Positions 1-13,347 of a stretch of 64,000 nt of DNA are shown here, piece by piece. This DNA is from Azolla caroliniana (lineage: Eukaryota; Plantae; Polypodiophyta). Below the pieces are notes generated by a model. The model had not been told where the DNA came from. It saw only the letters and a list, made by a program, of their open reading frames with translations, and ran no database searches. The stretch spans positions 3,968,001 to 4,032,000 of the forward strand of contig JBHGNT010000012.1 of NCBI GenBank assembly GCA_043228905.1, given 5' to 3'. A program made the translations under genes and the position numbers. Every line of letters starts with the position of its first letter. Positions within the stretch are counted from its first letter, which is position 1.

Positions 1-564
1 GCATTATGAATGCATAATGATATGCCATGTAGTCGTTGTAGCCGAATCGACTAACTACGCTCTTTTCTCGGGTGGATCAACGTGGTTCTCCTGGTGTCCT
101 CATGATGGGTGCATCCAATCTACCAAACTCATTGTCGGGTAAGTGAGTCGATTCATTTCCATCTGAGTCTTCGTACTCGGGCATTTTGGCCTTTCCTTTT
201 TCTTGTTTCGGACTCGGCCGCGACATGCTTTGGTCACTTGGAGGGTCTTGTGGTCCACTTAACCTGGTTGAGATTGGACTTTCCTCTGATGTGGGACTCG
301 GTTGATCCTCCTCCTCCGTATCTGTGTCGAACTTGGTTTCAACTGTGTTGGATGGGATCGATTTGATTGTATATCAGGATGTTGACTCGTTGAATACCAC
401 ATCCCTACTCACTCGTACCTTCTTGGTGGAAGGGTTGAAGCACTTATATCCTTTTTGCTCGAGTGAGTACCCTACGAGTATACATTTCTCTGACTTGGGA
501 TCGAGCTTTTATCGCATCTCATCGGGAATATGTACATATGCAATTGAACCGAATATTATGACGT
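1..564 (-). mobile_element. Ty1/Copia element 1, integrase C-terminal part (degenerate); continues beyond window start
   Basis: Minus strand encodes IFGSIAYVHIPDE..KLDPKSEKCILVGYSLEQKGYKCFNP and FGYNDYMAYHYAF, as in the Copia copies at 13-18 kb and 19-30 kb. Interrupted at 565. Confidence 0.9.
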
Positions 565-649
565 TGTTAGGAATGGTACTAAGATAAAGAGGGAATTAGT
601 ACTAAAAGATGAGGATTTGTACTAAGAGGGGTGTAGAACTCTCGGGAGA

Positions 650-699
<50 letters not shown>

Positions 700-1027
700 A
701 ACAAAAGATATATATTATATGAAGAGAATATACAGGAATAGCTAGGAGGCTTAAGATTGGCGTTGAACTGATTTGGTACTCAATAATGCCATGTGCCTCT
801 TTTTATAGTGGCTTAGGAATACTCTAGAAATGTGGCTTAGGAATACTCTTGACATTTCTGAATGTTCCAGAGAAATCTAGAATATACATGGATTTCCTAA
901 CTGAAATAATAAATGGAAATAATGTTCTTTGTATTGTAATGTATGACTTAATAGTAAGGCTTAACCCATGTGATACAAGGGCATGGGTTCAAATCCTTTT
1001 GAAGCCATACCATGCTATATCATGACA
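565..1027 (-). repeat. 3' LTR of Tcn1-like copy 1, contains (GA)n
   Basis: Direct repeat of 5734-6229, adjacent to the PPT. Confidence 0.95.
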
Positions 1028-1059
1028 CTTACCCCCCCCCCCCCCCCCCTTCCCCCCCT

Positions 1060-4000
1060 TTTAAGACGACGAGTGTTACGAGTCATCTTAGATGGCTTGT
1101 CGAGATATTGTTGATGAAAGTCCTCAACAAGAGCTCGAGCATTTACCACATTCTCGATTGGTTCCCAAGTACGCTCGCTTAGACCATAGCCTAGCCAATC
1201 AACCAAATAGTAGAGCTTGTTGCGAACAATCTTGGAATTGAGGATGGCAGCAAATTCGTACTCCGGTCCTGCTTCAAGCTTGATCTGATGTGGAGGTGGT
1301 GTAATACGATTTGGAATAGTGTTGTCTTGATACGGTTCAAGAAGAGAACTATGAAAAACCGGATGTATTCGTAGTTGCGGAGGTAGATCGAGACGAAAAG
1401 CGACATCATTAAATTTTCTGATAATAAGGAAAGGACCTAATCGTCGATAGTTCAATTTATTGCATGGGGAAGCCGATGACGATCTGCATAATCCTTCTGT
1501 TTTTGTTGAGCTTGTTGTAAATGAGTAGATAAGGCTGCCTGTATCTTGTGTAGCCGCTCTAAACGATCCTCTGCACAAGGATTTGTGGGTAAATCCGGAG
1601 TTTCGAATACACGCCATCGAGGATGATAGCTTACATAAGCATAAAATGGTGCAACCATAGTCGATGAGTGGACAAAGTTATTATATGAAAATTCGGCAAA
1701 GTGGAGAATATCTGCCCAATCATCTTGTTGATAGTTTAGAAAACACTGAAGATATTGTTCCACTGTTTGATTTGTTCGGTTTGCTTGTTCATCTGTTTGC
1801 GGGTTGTAGCCGGAGGAGAGGTTACAAGTGACCTTGAGCATTTTGAAGAGATGCGTCCAAAATTTCGAGACGAATTGGGGTCCACGGTCGCTGATGATAC
1901 TATCGAGGAGGCCATGATGCCGACATACCTCATGCATGACAATTTCGGCGGTTTCTTCACTAGTGATTTTGTTAGTACAAGGCAAAAAATGTGTCATCTT
2001 CATATATCGATCTACTACTGTTAAGATCGCATTGAATCCCTTTGAAACTGGAAGATCTGTGATGAAATCTAGAGAAATGGATTGCCACGACTTTCTTGGA
2101 ATTGGTAATGGTTCCAATAAACCATATGGATGATGTCTTGGCATCTTTGTCCTACAACATGTATCACATGTCTGAACATAGTCTTCGACAAATCGTCGCA
2201 TATGAGGCCACTAGAATGATCGTTGTCCTAAATCCAACGTTTTAGTACTACCGAAATGCCCCGCTGTATATGTCTCATGACAATTTTGGACTACTTGAAG
2301 GCGACAAGAACCATTAGGAACATACAAGAGTTTCTTAAAGAATAGTAATCCATCATGACATTTGAATTGTCGATAGTCCGTGTGGTTGTTGCAACTGTGA
2401 AGAAGATGCCCGAGAGGGATCAATTTGTGCTAGAATGGCTTGTGTGAAAGCATCCGTCTTCAAGTCTTCACGTATAGTATCAATAATGTGGGAATCCAAT
2501 GGCGTATCAAAAACCCACATTGCTTGCAGTCGTGTCGGTCCCAGAATTACTTGCTTTTGATTATCGAATGTTGGCTCACTGGGACGCGGTGCTAGATACC
2601 AGCCCCGTGATAACGCATTTGCCTTCCCTTGCTACTTCCTAGGACGATATGTAATTTTGAAGTCAAAATGAGTGAGGAATTGGGCCCACCGAGCTTGATG
2701 TCGATTTAATACACAAACATTTTGGAAGTAGGCAAGATTTTTGTGATCACTGAATACGGTGACTTGATGAGAAGATCCCTCTAAAAAATGCCTCCATTGC
2801 TTAAAAGAGTCCACTATTGCTAATAACTCCTTGTCATGTATTTCGTAGTTGATTTCGGCGGCGTCAAACTTGTGTGAGTGGAAAGTCACAAGATGTAGCT
2901 TTTCATCATCGCCTTGTTGTGACACAATGCTACCCAGGGCGAAATCCGACACGTCTCCCTAAATGATGAACGGTTTTTTTGGATCAACATGAGCTAGAAC
3001 AGGAGTTGATGTAAATCCTTTCTTAATACTCACAAAAGCTGTGTTTGTTTCTTTAGACCAAACAAACGACTGCCCCTTCTTGGTAAGCTGTGTGAGAGGC
3101 AGAATAAGCTTTTAGTAATCCTGTATAAACTTGTGGTAGAAATTGGTGAAGCCTAAAAAGCATTGCACATCTCGCAACGAATGTGGAGTCTGCCATTCAA
3201 CCACCATTTTGACCTTAGTTGGATCCATAGAGATGCCTTCCGAGGAAATGACATAGGCCTAGAAATTTCACCTGGCTGCACTCGAACTACATTTTTCGAG
3301 TTTTGCATAAAGACCATGTTCTCGAAGTCGTTTTAGTACTAATAGTACATGAGAATCATGTTCTTCTTGAGTCTTCAAATAAACCAGTAGATCATCCAAA
3401 TAGATGATCAAACAAATATCCAAGAGATCTCAGAATATATCATTTGCCATGTGCTTGAAGACTGCTGGCGCATTAGAGAGACCAAATGGCATAACCATAT
3501 ACCCGAAGTGCCCATATCTGATGCGAAACACGGTCTTCCATTCATCTCCTGGTCGGATTCATACGAGGTTATATGCTCCTCGTAAGTCAATCTTTGTGAA
3601 GAACTTTGCACCATTGATCCGTTCTAAAAGACTTGAGATAAGGGGACGTGCATATCTATTCCTGATGGTGACCTTATTCAAGCCACGGTAATCTACGACG
3701 AGAGGAAGTGATCCATCCTTTTTCTTGACAAAGAAAATGGGTGCGCCGACTAGAGATTTCGAATGTCGAATGAAACCGTTTACCAAATTCTCCCCTATGT
3801 AGGCTTGAAGGACTTCTAGCTCGGTTGGTGACAAGTTGTAGATTGGTCCCCATGGTGGCTCTTTTCCCAGTTGTAAATCAATGCGACAATCATACGGTCA
3901 GTGGTGAGGAAGCGTACTGGCTTGTACCTTATCGAACACGTCGGCATAATGACGATACTTCTCTGGAAGTTGAACTGTGGATTCCTCTTTAGTGGTGTTG

Positions 4001-4540
4001 GAAGGTTTTACTGATACCGCGAAGAAAATCATTTCTTCCTTGTGTCCTTCCTCACGCAATTGCTGTAGTAAAATTGTTGCAATCCTTTGAGTAGGTCCTT
4101 GGGTTTGTCGAAACCGGATTTCTCTGGGTAATGTAATTTGAACCATGGTAACCCCAAGACAATTGGATGATTTGGACTACTAATTATATTAAATGATACT
4201 ACATAGTGCACCAAATTATCTAGGAAAACCGAATTGGCGCTGACTCTTCTACGATATTTTCAGAAGCAATGGGACGACCATCAATAACTACTACAGATGC
4301 TGAAGAAAGTTTTCTTAGGGATATCTGATGAGGTTGGACAAAATTCCTATCCATGAAGCAAGAGGTTGCTCCGGAATCTACGAGTGCTAAGACATGTACT
4401 GGGGGAGTACTTTTAGTACTAACCATTACTTGAGCTAAGAACACATTGCTAACTTGCTTAGAGGGAATGGAACCACTAATGGGCTGCACAAATCTAGGGT
4501 TGTCCAACCAAACGGCTCCTATTTTGGTTGGACTTAGTCG
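1060..4540 (-). pseudogene. pol: pol (PR-RT-RNase H-integrase-chromodomain) with stops and frameshifts
   Basis: ALVDSGAT protease, [13 protein letters not shown] and IIYLDD RT, YEIHDKELLAI RNase H, ISLDFITDLP/SDRGPQF integrase, EYEFAAIL..YLVDWLGY..RTWEP chromodomain. Confidence 0.93.
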
Positions 4541-5673
4541 TTTAACTCTTCTTCTAAGGAACTAAGGACTTCAAATTTGTTCGATAGATTTGGGCTATTA
4601 GTACTATTAGAACTATTAGAAATTTCTAATGAAATAGACTCGCGTTTAATACAAGCTACTACTTGATTTCCAAGTCTTCTTCGCCTATGTGGATAGTTTA
4701 CTGCGATATGCCCTGGCCCTCCACAATAGAGACATAATTGATTTGCTCGGCGTCGTTGCTTTTCTTCTTCTGACAATGGACCACAACGGCGTGTTGTGTC
4801 GATTTCCATCGGTGGAGTATGTGCCGGAGATGCATTGTATCACTCCCTTGCAAATGGTTTTGCTGTGACCGAGGCATATGTGGGCTTCAACGTGGTCCTT
4901 GGCATTTGTAATTGGCGTTCCGAACGTCGCTTGAAAAGCTGGTTATCACATCTTACCACTCGACTGATTGCCTCTTTGAGCGATTTTGGTTCTTCAGGGA
5001 AAGTCAGGAGTAAGTCTTTGTCAACATCATTTCGTAGGCCGTATCAAAATTGTTCCATTAAGGCTTGATCATCCCAGGGGATATCGTAGACGAGTAGACG
5101 GAAATCTGTAGTGTATGCGGAGGCTAGATGATCACCTTGACGTAATTGTCAGATTTTGTTGATTGTCGTGCTTATGCTATCAATATCTCCAAACCAAGCT
5201 TTAAACTCGCTTATAAAATCCTCAAAATTATTTAGTAATGGAGATTCCTTTTCTAGCAACATAGCGAACCATGCCAAAGCTGAGCCACTTAACAACGTGC
5301 CTACCAGACACACTCGTGATGCATTAGTGGGATATCAGGAAGGATGCATTTGAATGACTAATCGTACTTGATTAACGAATCCTCTGAATTGTGATCGCGT
5401 TCCATCAAATTTCATAGGAAGGCCGATCTTGGGTTCTTTATGAATCCCTTCCGTACTTGGTCCTTGTTGTTGCAATGTTACAATAGTTGCTTCAAGTTGT
5501 TGCACGTGTAATCCTAGTTCCCCATGTTGTTGTGTTTGCTGCTTTTCTAAGGAGATTTGTTGAAGATCCCCCAACAACCGCTGATTTTCTTGTTCCAATG
5601 CGAGAAACTTCTCTTTCAAGCATTGCTACTCTGAGAAAATGGATTGATATTCTTGAGCGCTAATAGTTGCCAT
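4534..5673 (-). pseudogene. gag: gag (Ty3/PEG10-like capsid plus zinc knuckle), disrupted
   Basis: Fragments EPKIGLPMKFDGTRSQFRGF and CLYCGGPGHIAVNY, homologous to the intact ORF 22330-23487. Confidence 0.92.
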
Positions 5674-5733
5674 AGTATTCGAGGAAGGAGGGATAAGTAA
5701 GAAGATAGAAGGAAGGACGAAATTCGTTCAAAC

Positions 5734-6229
<496 letters not shown>

Positions 6230-6234
6230 GACGT

Positions 6235-7187
6235 GGGATAGATCCAGTTTCTTCCCATAGAACTTTTCGCAGGGGGTAACATTGTGCACTCTTGATGTTG
6301 TGTAGCGATTCATCAAATAAACGTCTCGTATTCACCGCTTCAACCCAATATGACTTTAGCTGATGTTTCTCTTTCATCATTGTCCTTGCCACCTCGAGTA
6401 TGTGCTGATTCTTGCGTTCGACTACTCTGTTCTGCTAAGTTGTGTGTCGACAGGTAAACTCCCACTAGATTCCTTCTTGTTGAAGGTATGTTGTAAAGGC
6501 GTCGGAGAAGTACTCCTTGCTGCCGTCCGATCGAAGGCATCTGACATGCCGACCAGCTGCCTTTTCGACTTCGATTTTGAACTTTTGGCAGTGTCCAAAC
6601 ACTTCGCTCTTCTGCCGCATAGGATAGATCTAGGTATGTTTGGCGAAGTTGTCGGTGAACGTTACATAGTATCGGCAACCACCAAATGTTGTCGTTTGGG
6701 TTGGTCCCCATACATCTGAATCTATTACATCTAGGATCCCTTTGCTTGCGTTCCTCTCCTTTGGGAACGGTTGGCGGTGCTATTTGCCAAATTGACAAGC
6801 TTTGCACATGCCCACTCTCTTCTTTTCGGTAAAAGTCTGATGTCCGAAGATGACTCCTTTCGACTGCATTCCTCTGAGCTTTTGGAGGTTAACGTGGACA
6901 ATTTGCTTGCTCTACAACTCTATGTCGGTGTCGGCTCTCTGACCCTTGGCATACAGTGCCAAGTTCATCTCGTGAGAGTCGAGGATGAACATCCGACTTT
7001 CTCTCCGACCGCGAGCGATGAGTCGACCTTCTTTTTCGATGAAGCATCCTCCATCGTTGAAGCGAACTTGCATGCCTTGTTCGACTATTTGTCCAACTGA
7101 GACCAAGTTCTTTGTTATTGTAGGAACATGCATAACATTCTTGATGTAGGTTTGGTTGCCTTCTTGATGTAGAAACATGCATAACAT
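6235..7187 (-). mobile_element. Ty1/Copia element 1, protease/GAG-pre-integrase/integrase part, 5'-truncated
   Basis: NVMHVPTITKNLVSVGQIVEQG, SDVWGPTQ and rve-like fragments; continuous with 1-564 across the TSD. Confidence 0.9.
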
Positions 7188-7352
7188 TCTGGCATCAAAA
7201 TATTTTAAGAAACTACATACATGTTCAACACATGGTGCAATCTCATATGATAAAGTGAGATGTTCTCGAGAGATATGAAAAGATACTGAAATGATCTACA
7301 CATGTTGTAATCTCACTTGTTGGATTGACACAATTTGATCTATTGCTCTCAA

Positions 7353-7610
7353 AGGTTAGGACATATATATTGGCATCCCCTGTTCTTATTGAATCATTTT
7401 GGCTGAACCCCAACCTTGAGCCATTCAATGTCAACAGTTAGGGTAGGACATATATATTGGCATCCCTAGTTCTTATTGAATAATTTAGGCTCAACCCCAC
7501 CTATGAACCATTCAATGTCAATAGTTAGGGTAGGACGTATATATATTGGCCTCCATCATGCCTATTGAAGCATTTTGGCCAAACCTAATCTTAAGCCATC
7601 CAATGCAAGA
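7353..7610. repeat. Tandem repeat, ~3 x ~88 bp
   Basis: Unit GG(T/G)TAGGACATATATATTGGCATCCC..TTGAA..ATTT.GGCT.AACCC..CCATTCAATGTCAA.AGTTA at ~7353, ~7441 and ~7528. Confidence 0.85.
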
Positions 7611-7649
7611 CTTGTGACTTGTCCAACTATCAAATATTTATAACCTTAG

Positions 7650-7828
7650 TGTATCGCTTCCGTGTGTCTCACGTAATGTATCTATAGATCGATAAAGTTT
7701 TTACCCTCTCGTTGATGTCTTTGGCCTTGAGTGTAGACCGCCGTATTCCCTCTTGGTGGTGAACCGGGCGTGAGTGGTTGTCAAGCACCCATGAGCTACC
7801 AACCAACTTAACTTAGGACTAACACTTA

Positions 7829-7884
<56 letters not shown>

Positions 7885-9380
7885 ACACAATGATAGACAA
7901 GGTAGACACAAAGAAAGAATTGTACTAATCACCATTCTTCTTGATACAAAGAGGTTTAGCACCATACAAGAGAGGAAGAAGAGTCTGGTTGTATTAGTCT
8001 TTAACCCTAATCTTCGTTAGCTATAATAAGGGTTAAGGAGATAGAGAAGGGCTTAATGTGCTAATTGGAAGAGACTCTCAAGAATGAAGAAGAACTTTAA
8101 ATTCACCAAAAGGTCGCTTTTATAACTTTTTACAAGTATCTCTCTTTCACACTAGAGTGCTCATTTGGCGACATTGGTCCTTCTTTGGTTTGTTATATCC
8201 CTCTTCTCCTATGATTGATTGAGCTTGGTGTCCTTGTTGGTGCCACAATCTCCACAACCAATGTGTCGAGTGCCCGATACTTAACATCCCCCCAACCTAA
8301 TGAGTGCACACTCATGGGTGCACACTCATGGGTGCACCACAATATGTGTGTATCATGGATGTAGATGGGTGATGTGAAGGAACCAGGTCGGGGGTGAGAT
8401 GGGTTGAGTGGGTGTGGGTAGGGTCGGAGGTGTTGGATGGTGGTGGGGAAAGTCAGATATCTTGCATGGGGCCCATGGTTGTGGAGAACTAATTGAAGGT
8501 GATGTTCTACTAAAACTAACGACGACATGTGGGAATCGTGTGTGAAGTGTGATTTCAAAATCCTGTTGGTAGGAGGTAGGAAGGATGGTGATATAGATCC
8601 ACAAACCAACGAGTTGCCGCCTGATTGTTCCTTTATTTAAGTTAAACGCTAGTCCCCATATGTGTCTGACAAAGGTGTTGGGGGTAACAGACAAAGGTGA
8701 CTACAGAGGCAGAGAAGGTACGAAGAGGGGTGACGTTGAATGAGGGGTGTGGAGACGGGTGCGTGTGCGTGTGTGAGGAGGAATTAGTGGGGGATGGTGA
8801 GGTATGAAGGTATGTACAAGGTGAGGAAATGGCTTAGGGGAGTGAGGGTGGGGTGGTGGGTGTTTGTGCGTTGTGATTGACTAACAATAGTTGTCCAATG
8901 GAGTCCTAATCCATATTCTTTGTATGAGGGTCTTGAAGTTGGGCTTTGGTTACCCATCTGGCAAATGTTTTACATCATATCATTATGAGGTGTTCTCCCA
9001 TTTCTTTGTTAGGTGCAGTTGTGTGAGGATCCTTAGATTTTTTCTGTAACACATGAGTGGGTATCCACTGTTGTTTGAGTATTGTAGCCCGGAAGATTTG
9101 TGTTCGAGGAACCCAAATTTTTCGGGTGGTGTGCGATATCTTGGCTTTGTCTTGTTGGGGGTTTGATTTTGCTATTCCGTGTACTCTAGTTTTCTCAACC
9201 CATCATTTTGGTTGGGGATGTTCTATTGATTTTCTAGTCGGTGGGGAAGTGGGTCTATCTCGGTGGTTGGATGTTGTTTTTCGAATCCAACTTCGTGTAG
9301 GTAGCCGGAACTACATGGTGCTCTTGTGCCAACCTTGCGCCTTAGTTAAAGTTTTGTGGACATGCCACAAGGCGCCTTGA
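7650..9380 (-). mobile_element. Truncated LTR retrotransposon: 3' LTR (7650-8286), PPT and degenerate 3' internal region
   Basis: Minus strand PPT-like AGGTTGGGGGGA directly before TGTTAAG (8286); LTR-like end ..GGAAGCGATACA at 7650; (CT)n(CA)n tract. No second LTR seen. Confidence 0.6.
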
Positions 9381-9405
9381 TTTTTATGATTATCTTTGGC
9401 AGATA

Positions 9406-9508
9406 CCCTAATGGCTCTTAAGGCCATAAACCCACAATTATGGGTCAATATCCATGGCATGAATAGTGACTCATAATTGTGGTTTTATGGCCTTAAGAGC
9501 CATTGGGG
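9406..9508. repeat. ~100-bp near-perfect palindrome (foldback)
   Basis: CCCTAATGGCTCTTAAGGCCATAAACCCACAATTATGGGTCA is the reverse complement of TGACTCATAATTGTGGTTTTATGGCCTTAAGAGCCATTGGGG with 3 differences in 42 bp. Confidence 0.9.
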
Positions 9509-10339
9509 GTGTTGTTTTTTGTACCGATGCTATCATGATATGGTGTGGCCAAAGGGAGAAATGTGGGGAAAAGAAGGGTTCACTCCCATCACAAATATAT
9601 TATGTAAATAAGAAAACAAAAATGTGGTCTAGTGGTTAGAGCCATTTAGTGTGTATAAAGGGGTGCAGAGTTTGAATTTTTGTTAGTGTGGATCGAGGGT
9701 TATTTTATTCTCTTTTACATTTTTGAATCAAGGGAATACAATTACATTAAATGCCGAAAGTCAACTCTGCTTTTTTGGGAAGAGGGTTTATTTCGAGTTG
9801 CCATTTTGTTGAGTGAGGGGTACCACTAGGGTTTCTTTCCCTCTTCTTCTTTTAGAGGTCCCCATTTTATGGTTTAAGGGGTACCATTAGGGTTTCGTCT
9901 CACTTTCTTCTTCTTCCTCTTCGGTTTAGGGGTTGTCAGTTCTCTTTTCTTCTTCTTCCTCTCCTCAATGCACTTGACGACTTATGGTTTTGGTTTTGGG
10001 GTTTCTTCTTAGGTCGACGACCCAAAGCTCGACGAGCCTTAGACTTGGAATCATTTTTTTAAGTGTTAGATAATCTTCAAATATACTAACTTAACATAAG
10101 TGATAGACGTAAATCATAGAAAAATAATGTCAATTCTCATTCTTTTCACATTGGAATGTTTTTGGTCATTGCTCATTGTCATGAAGGGCAAGGGTACATT
10201 GGTATTCCCTCCAAGGTCCCATATGCTTATTGTATTTCTTTTCAAATACATTGCACTTGAGGCCCTTGCAAATGTGTCATTCTTTACACCCTAAAAATTC
10301 TAGAAATATTTTATTCCACCCTTTGGTCTGTCTTTAAAG

Positions 10340-11160
10340 GTTCATGTACTATAAAATGTTTCCATTCAAGTCCATTTCCATTTTCTAAAGCTCTTAATTG
10401 ATGGATTGTTGTTAGGTAGGGTCTTAGTTCAAACTTGAGATGATTCAACGATATTTTTAAGGAGACAATCAAGAGTTAAATCCACCACTTCTTATCAGGT
10501 TATGCTCTGGGAAACAAGTATTCAACCTATAGAGATATTGGCACTACACAAAATATCTATATATATTACAAAAGTCAAGAATATGCCAAATCCATAGATG
10601 GAATATTAGATATAAACTACAAAAGAAGGTCACAAGAACAAAATTTTCTCATATAGTTGGGAAGTTGACATAAAATATTGGTTTAAAAGATGAGCGTGGA
10701 AGATCTTTTAGAGCTTTCAAGTGATGTTATGAAATATGCGGTTATTGAGGAAATATTAATAGAACCACTTAGGAAGAAGTGGGAAGATGCTAAAAGGACA
10801 AAATTAGAATGAATCAATATAAAGCAAGGAGGCCTATTGATTTGATTGAACCTTATCTTATTATTAACATGAGTATTAACTCATGTAGAGCCCTAAAACT
10901 CCTTCACACTCACCACATAAGCTAGGTATTGAAGTTGCATTATGGCATCAAAATCCGTCAAATATAAAGAATGCAAGGTATAGAAGGAAGGGCTAGTAGA
11001 GGACGAGTATCACTTACTTTTTACATGCTTTTCATATAGTGTGATTCGTGAAAGCAAGAGGGGGTGATGAGTGTCATTCTAAAAAGAACATCTAGAAGGT
11101 TGAGCTCATGTGTTTGCCTTATTCACACATCAAGACTTTGTGCTTCGAAGTATGAATATC
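10340..11160 (+). mobile_element. Highly decayed non-LTR retrotransposon (LINE) ORF2, 3' portion
   Basis: SYQVMLWETSIQPIEILAL (cf. PYTLLLLETGSLPIEIMAM at 30.9 kb) and the C-terminal Cys/His motif CK...VEDEYHLLFTC..Y..IRE. Boundaries approximate. Confidence 0.7.
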
Positions 11161-11727
11161 CATTCTTAACAAGGAGACGAACATCAAGAAAATTCGTGCC
11201 TTGAGGTTCAATGGGTCAATATTGACCTCTCTATGGATGCTAAAAAAAATTCTAGTCTAATGTTATAAGCATAACCATAATCATAGTTGTGGGCTAATTT
11301 GTAAGGACGAAGGGTGCGGATTGAGTTATCTCAATCTTGCGGTGTGAGATGAATTTAGAGTGTTTCATTGCCTAGCTAATTTTTTTCTAAAAGAAACAAC
11401 CAAGTGAGAAACACACACAAGGGCCTAGGGTTTGAGCCTATATAATAAGGCTAGCTAAAAAAAAAATAGTCTAATGTTATGAGCACAATCTAACTGTAGT
11501 TGTGGGCTAATTTGGAAGGATGATGGGTAAGGATTGAGTTATCTCAACCAAGTGAGAAACACACACAAGGGCCTAGGGTTTGAGCCTATATAAGAAGGCT
11601 AGCTAAAAAAAAAATAGTCTAATGTTATGAGCACAATCTAACTGTAATTGTGGGCTAATTTGTAAGGATGATGGGTAAGGATTGAGTTATCTCAATCATG
11701 CGGTGGGAGATAACTTTAGAGTGTTTC

Positions 11728-12246
11728 TGTCATGACACAGTGACATAAAATACATAGTTGGTGAGGATTGAACCTACAACCTCACATCAACAAGATGTTA
11801 TGCTTAACCATTTTGATATTTAAGCATGCATTTTTATATAATGGTTTAGTATTATGTAGTCTAGCATGTGATACATTTTAGATCAAAATATTCTATTCTT
11901 TAGTATATTCTAATATTGTACAATATATTCTAGACGGGTATATTCTAGAGATATTTCTCGAGTATATTCTAGAGATATTCAATCTTGGAACTTGTATAAA
12001 TACTTGTAACCTCTGTGGTCCCTTTCAAGGGATTCAACACTAGTCATTGACACATCAATCTAGTATTCTTGTTCCATTCCATCTTGTCTCATTCTTCATC
12101 TTTGTTTTCATGCTCTCCATAGCTCCATAAGTTCATAATCTCATCACTCACAACTTCTAGAGTTCCTAGCCTCATCACTTCTAGTTCCACATTCGTCATC
12201 CATGCTCCATGCTCCGTCGTAGTTTGCAATTGGTGTGTTCGTGATA
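11728..12246 (+). mobile_element. Solo LTR (Tcn1-like termini)
   Basis: TGTCATGA...CGTGATA with perfect 5-bp TSD GTTTC (11723-27 and 12247-51); TATAAATA at ~11995. Confidence 0.85.
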
Positions 12247-12517
12247 GTTTCATCACTTGACTATTTTTTTATAAAGAAACAACCAAGTGAGAAACACACA
12301 CAAGGGCCTAGGGTTTGAGCCTATATAAGAAGGCTCGCTAAAATAATATCTAGTCTAATGTTATGACCATAACCATAACCATAGTTGTGGGCTAATTTGT
12401 AAGGGTGAAGGGTGAGGATTGAGTTGTCTCAATCCTATGGTAGGAGATAACTTTAGAATGTTTCCTCACATGACTATTCTTTTATGAAAAAACAACTAAG
12501 TGGGAAACATGCACAAG

Positions 12518-13060
12518 TAACAATCAGCAACGGTTTGTTTCGGTTCAAGATTGTCAAAACCTAATCGTTTAAAAATTTTGAAACTTGAACCAAACCGAAC
12601 CGAACCGCACCACGGAATCCTTTAAACCAAAATAGTTTTAATCGAACAGTTAGAAAAAAATCCAAACCGTTAAACCATTAAACCATTAAAACGACGATTG
12701 GTTTGGTTTCAGTTTTCAACTTAGGTCAAAATTCAAAATTCAAATTCAAAATTTTAAATATTTTCATTATTTCAAATTTAATTTTTTCAAAAACTTCAAG
12801 GTTTTTCCTAAAATGTGAGAATTAGGCTTAAAAATGAAAAGGTTGATTAAAAAATACATATTAAAAAATATTTTAAACCACCAAACCGTTTAAATTATGG
12901 TTTCAAACTATCAAAACCGAAACAAACTAAACCAAACCGTTCATCCCCCAAACCGAACTAAATCATTAAAAAAACTTCAACCTGAACCAAACCGTTTAAA
13001 TTGTTAAGTCGCGTGTTTTGCGGTTCGGTTTGATTCAAACTGAACCATTGTCGATTGTTA
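12518..13060. mobile_element. hAT-type MITE
   Basis: Imperfect TIRs TAACAATCAGCAACGGTT / AACCATTGTCGATTGTTA, many subterminal AACCG/CGGTT motifs, 8-bp TSD TGCACAAG / CACACAAG. Confidence 0.85.
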
Positions 13061-13347
13061 CACACAAGGGCCTAGGGTTTGAGCGTATATAGTGCAATCA
13101 GGGTCCACACAATTGTCATCTTTGCCACCGGGCAAAGGTCTCTTCATAGTCTACTCCATGTGTTTGTGTGTATCCTTTCGCTACAAGTCGAACTTTGTCG
13201 CAGTTTACAGAGCCGTCGTCATTATACTTCACTTTGTAGATCCATTTGCAGCCGATTGCCTTCTTGTGTGGTGAGTGGGGGATGAGATCCCATGTCTCGT
13301 TCTTGCATAGTGCCTGCATCTCTTTGTTCATTGCTTCGACCCATCGT

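Larger units (their letters stand above)
11239..13090. repeat. Satellite-like tandem array (~150-215 bp units), interrupted by a solo LTR and a MITE
   Basis: Unit GCTAAAAAA..TAGTCTAATGTTAT..GTTGTGGGCTAATTTG..CAAGGGCCTAGGGTTTGAGCCTATATAA at ~11239, 11453, 11602 and 12337; last tail at 13061-13090. Confidence 0.88.

Noticed and set aside
9624-9682. tRNA gene candidates (TGGTCTAGTGGTTAGAGC..GAGTTTGAAT; also ~14005-14062 and the LTR cassettes)
   Set aside because: Only A/B-box-like motifs are present; I could not fold a convincing acceptor stem or cloverleaf, so these are at most tRNA-derived relics.
9520-10340. Possible MuDR-like MITE or promoter fragment
   Set aside because: No matching TIR pair or TSD could be established by eye; left unannotated.
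7353-13090. CRISPR-like arrays in the 88-bp and ~200-bp repeats
   Set aside because: Units are similar along their whole length with no unique spacers, there are no cas genes, and the context is eukaryotic.
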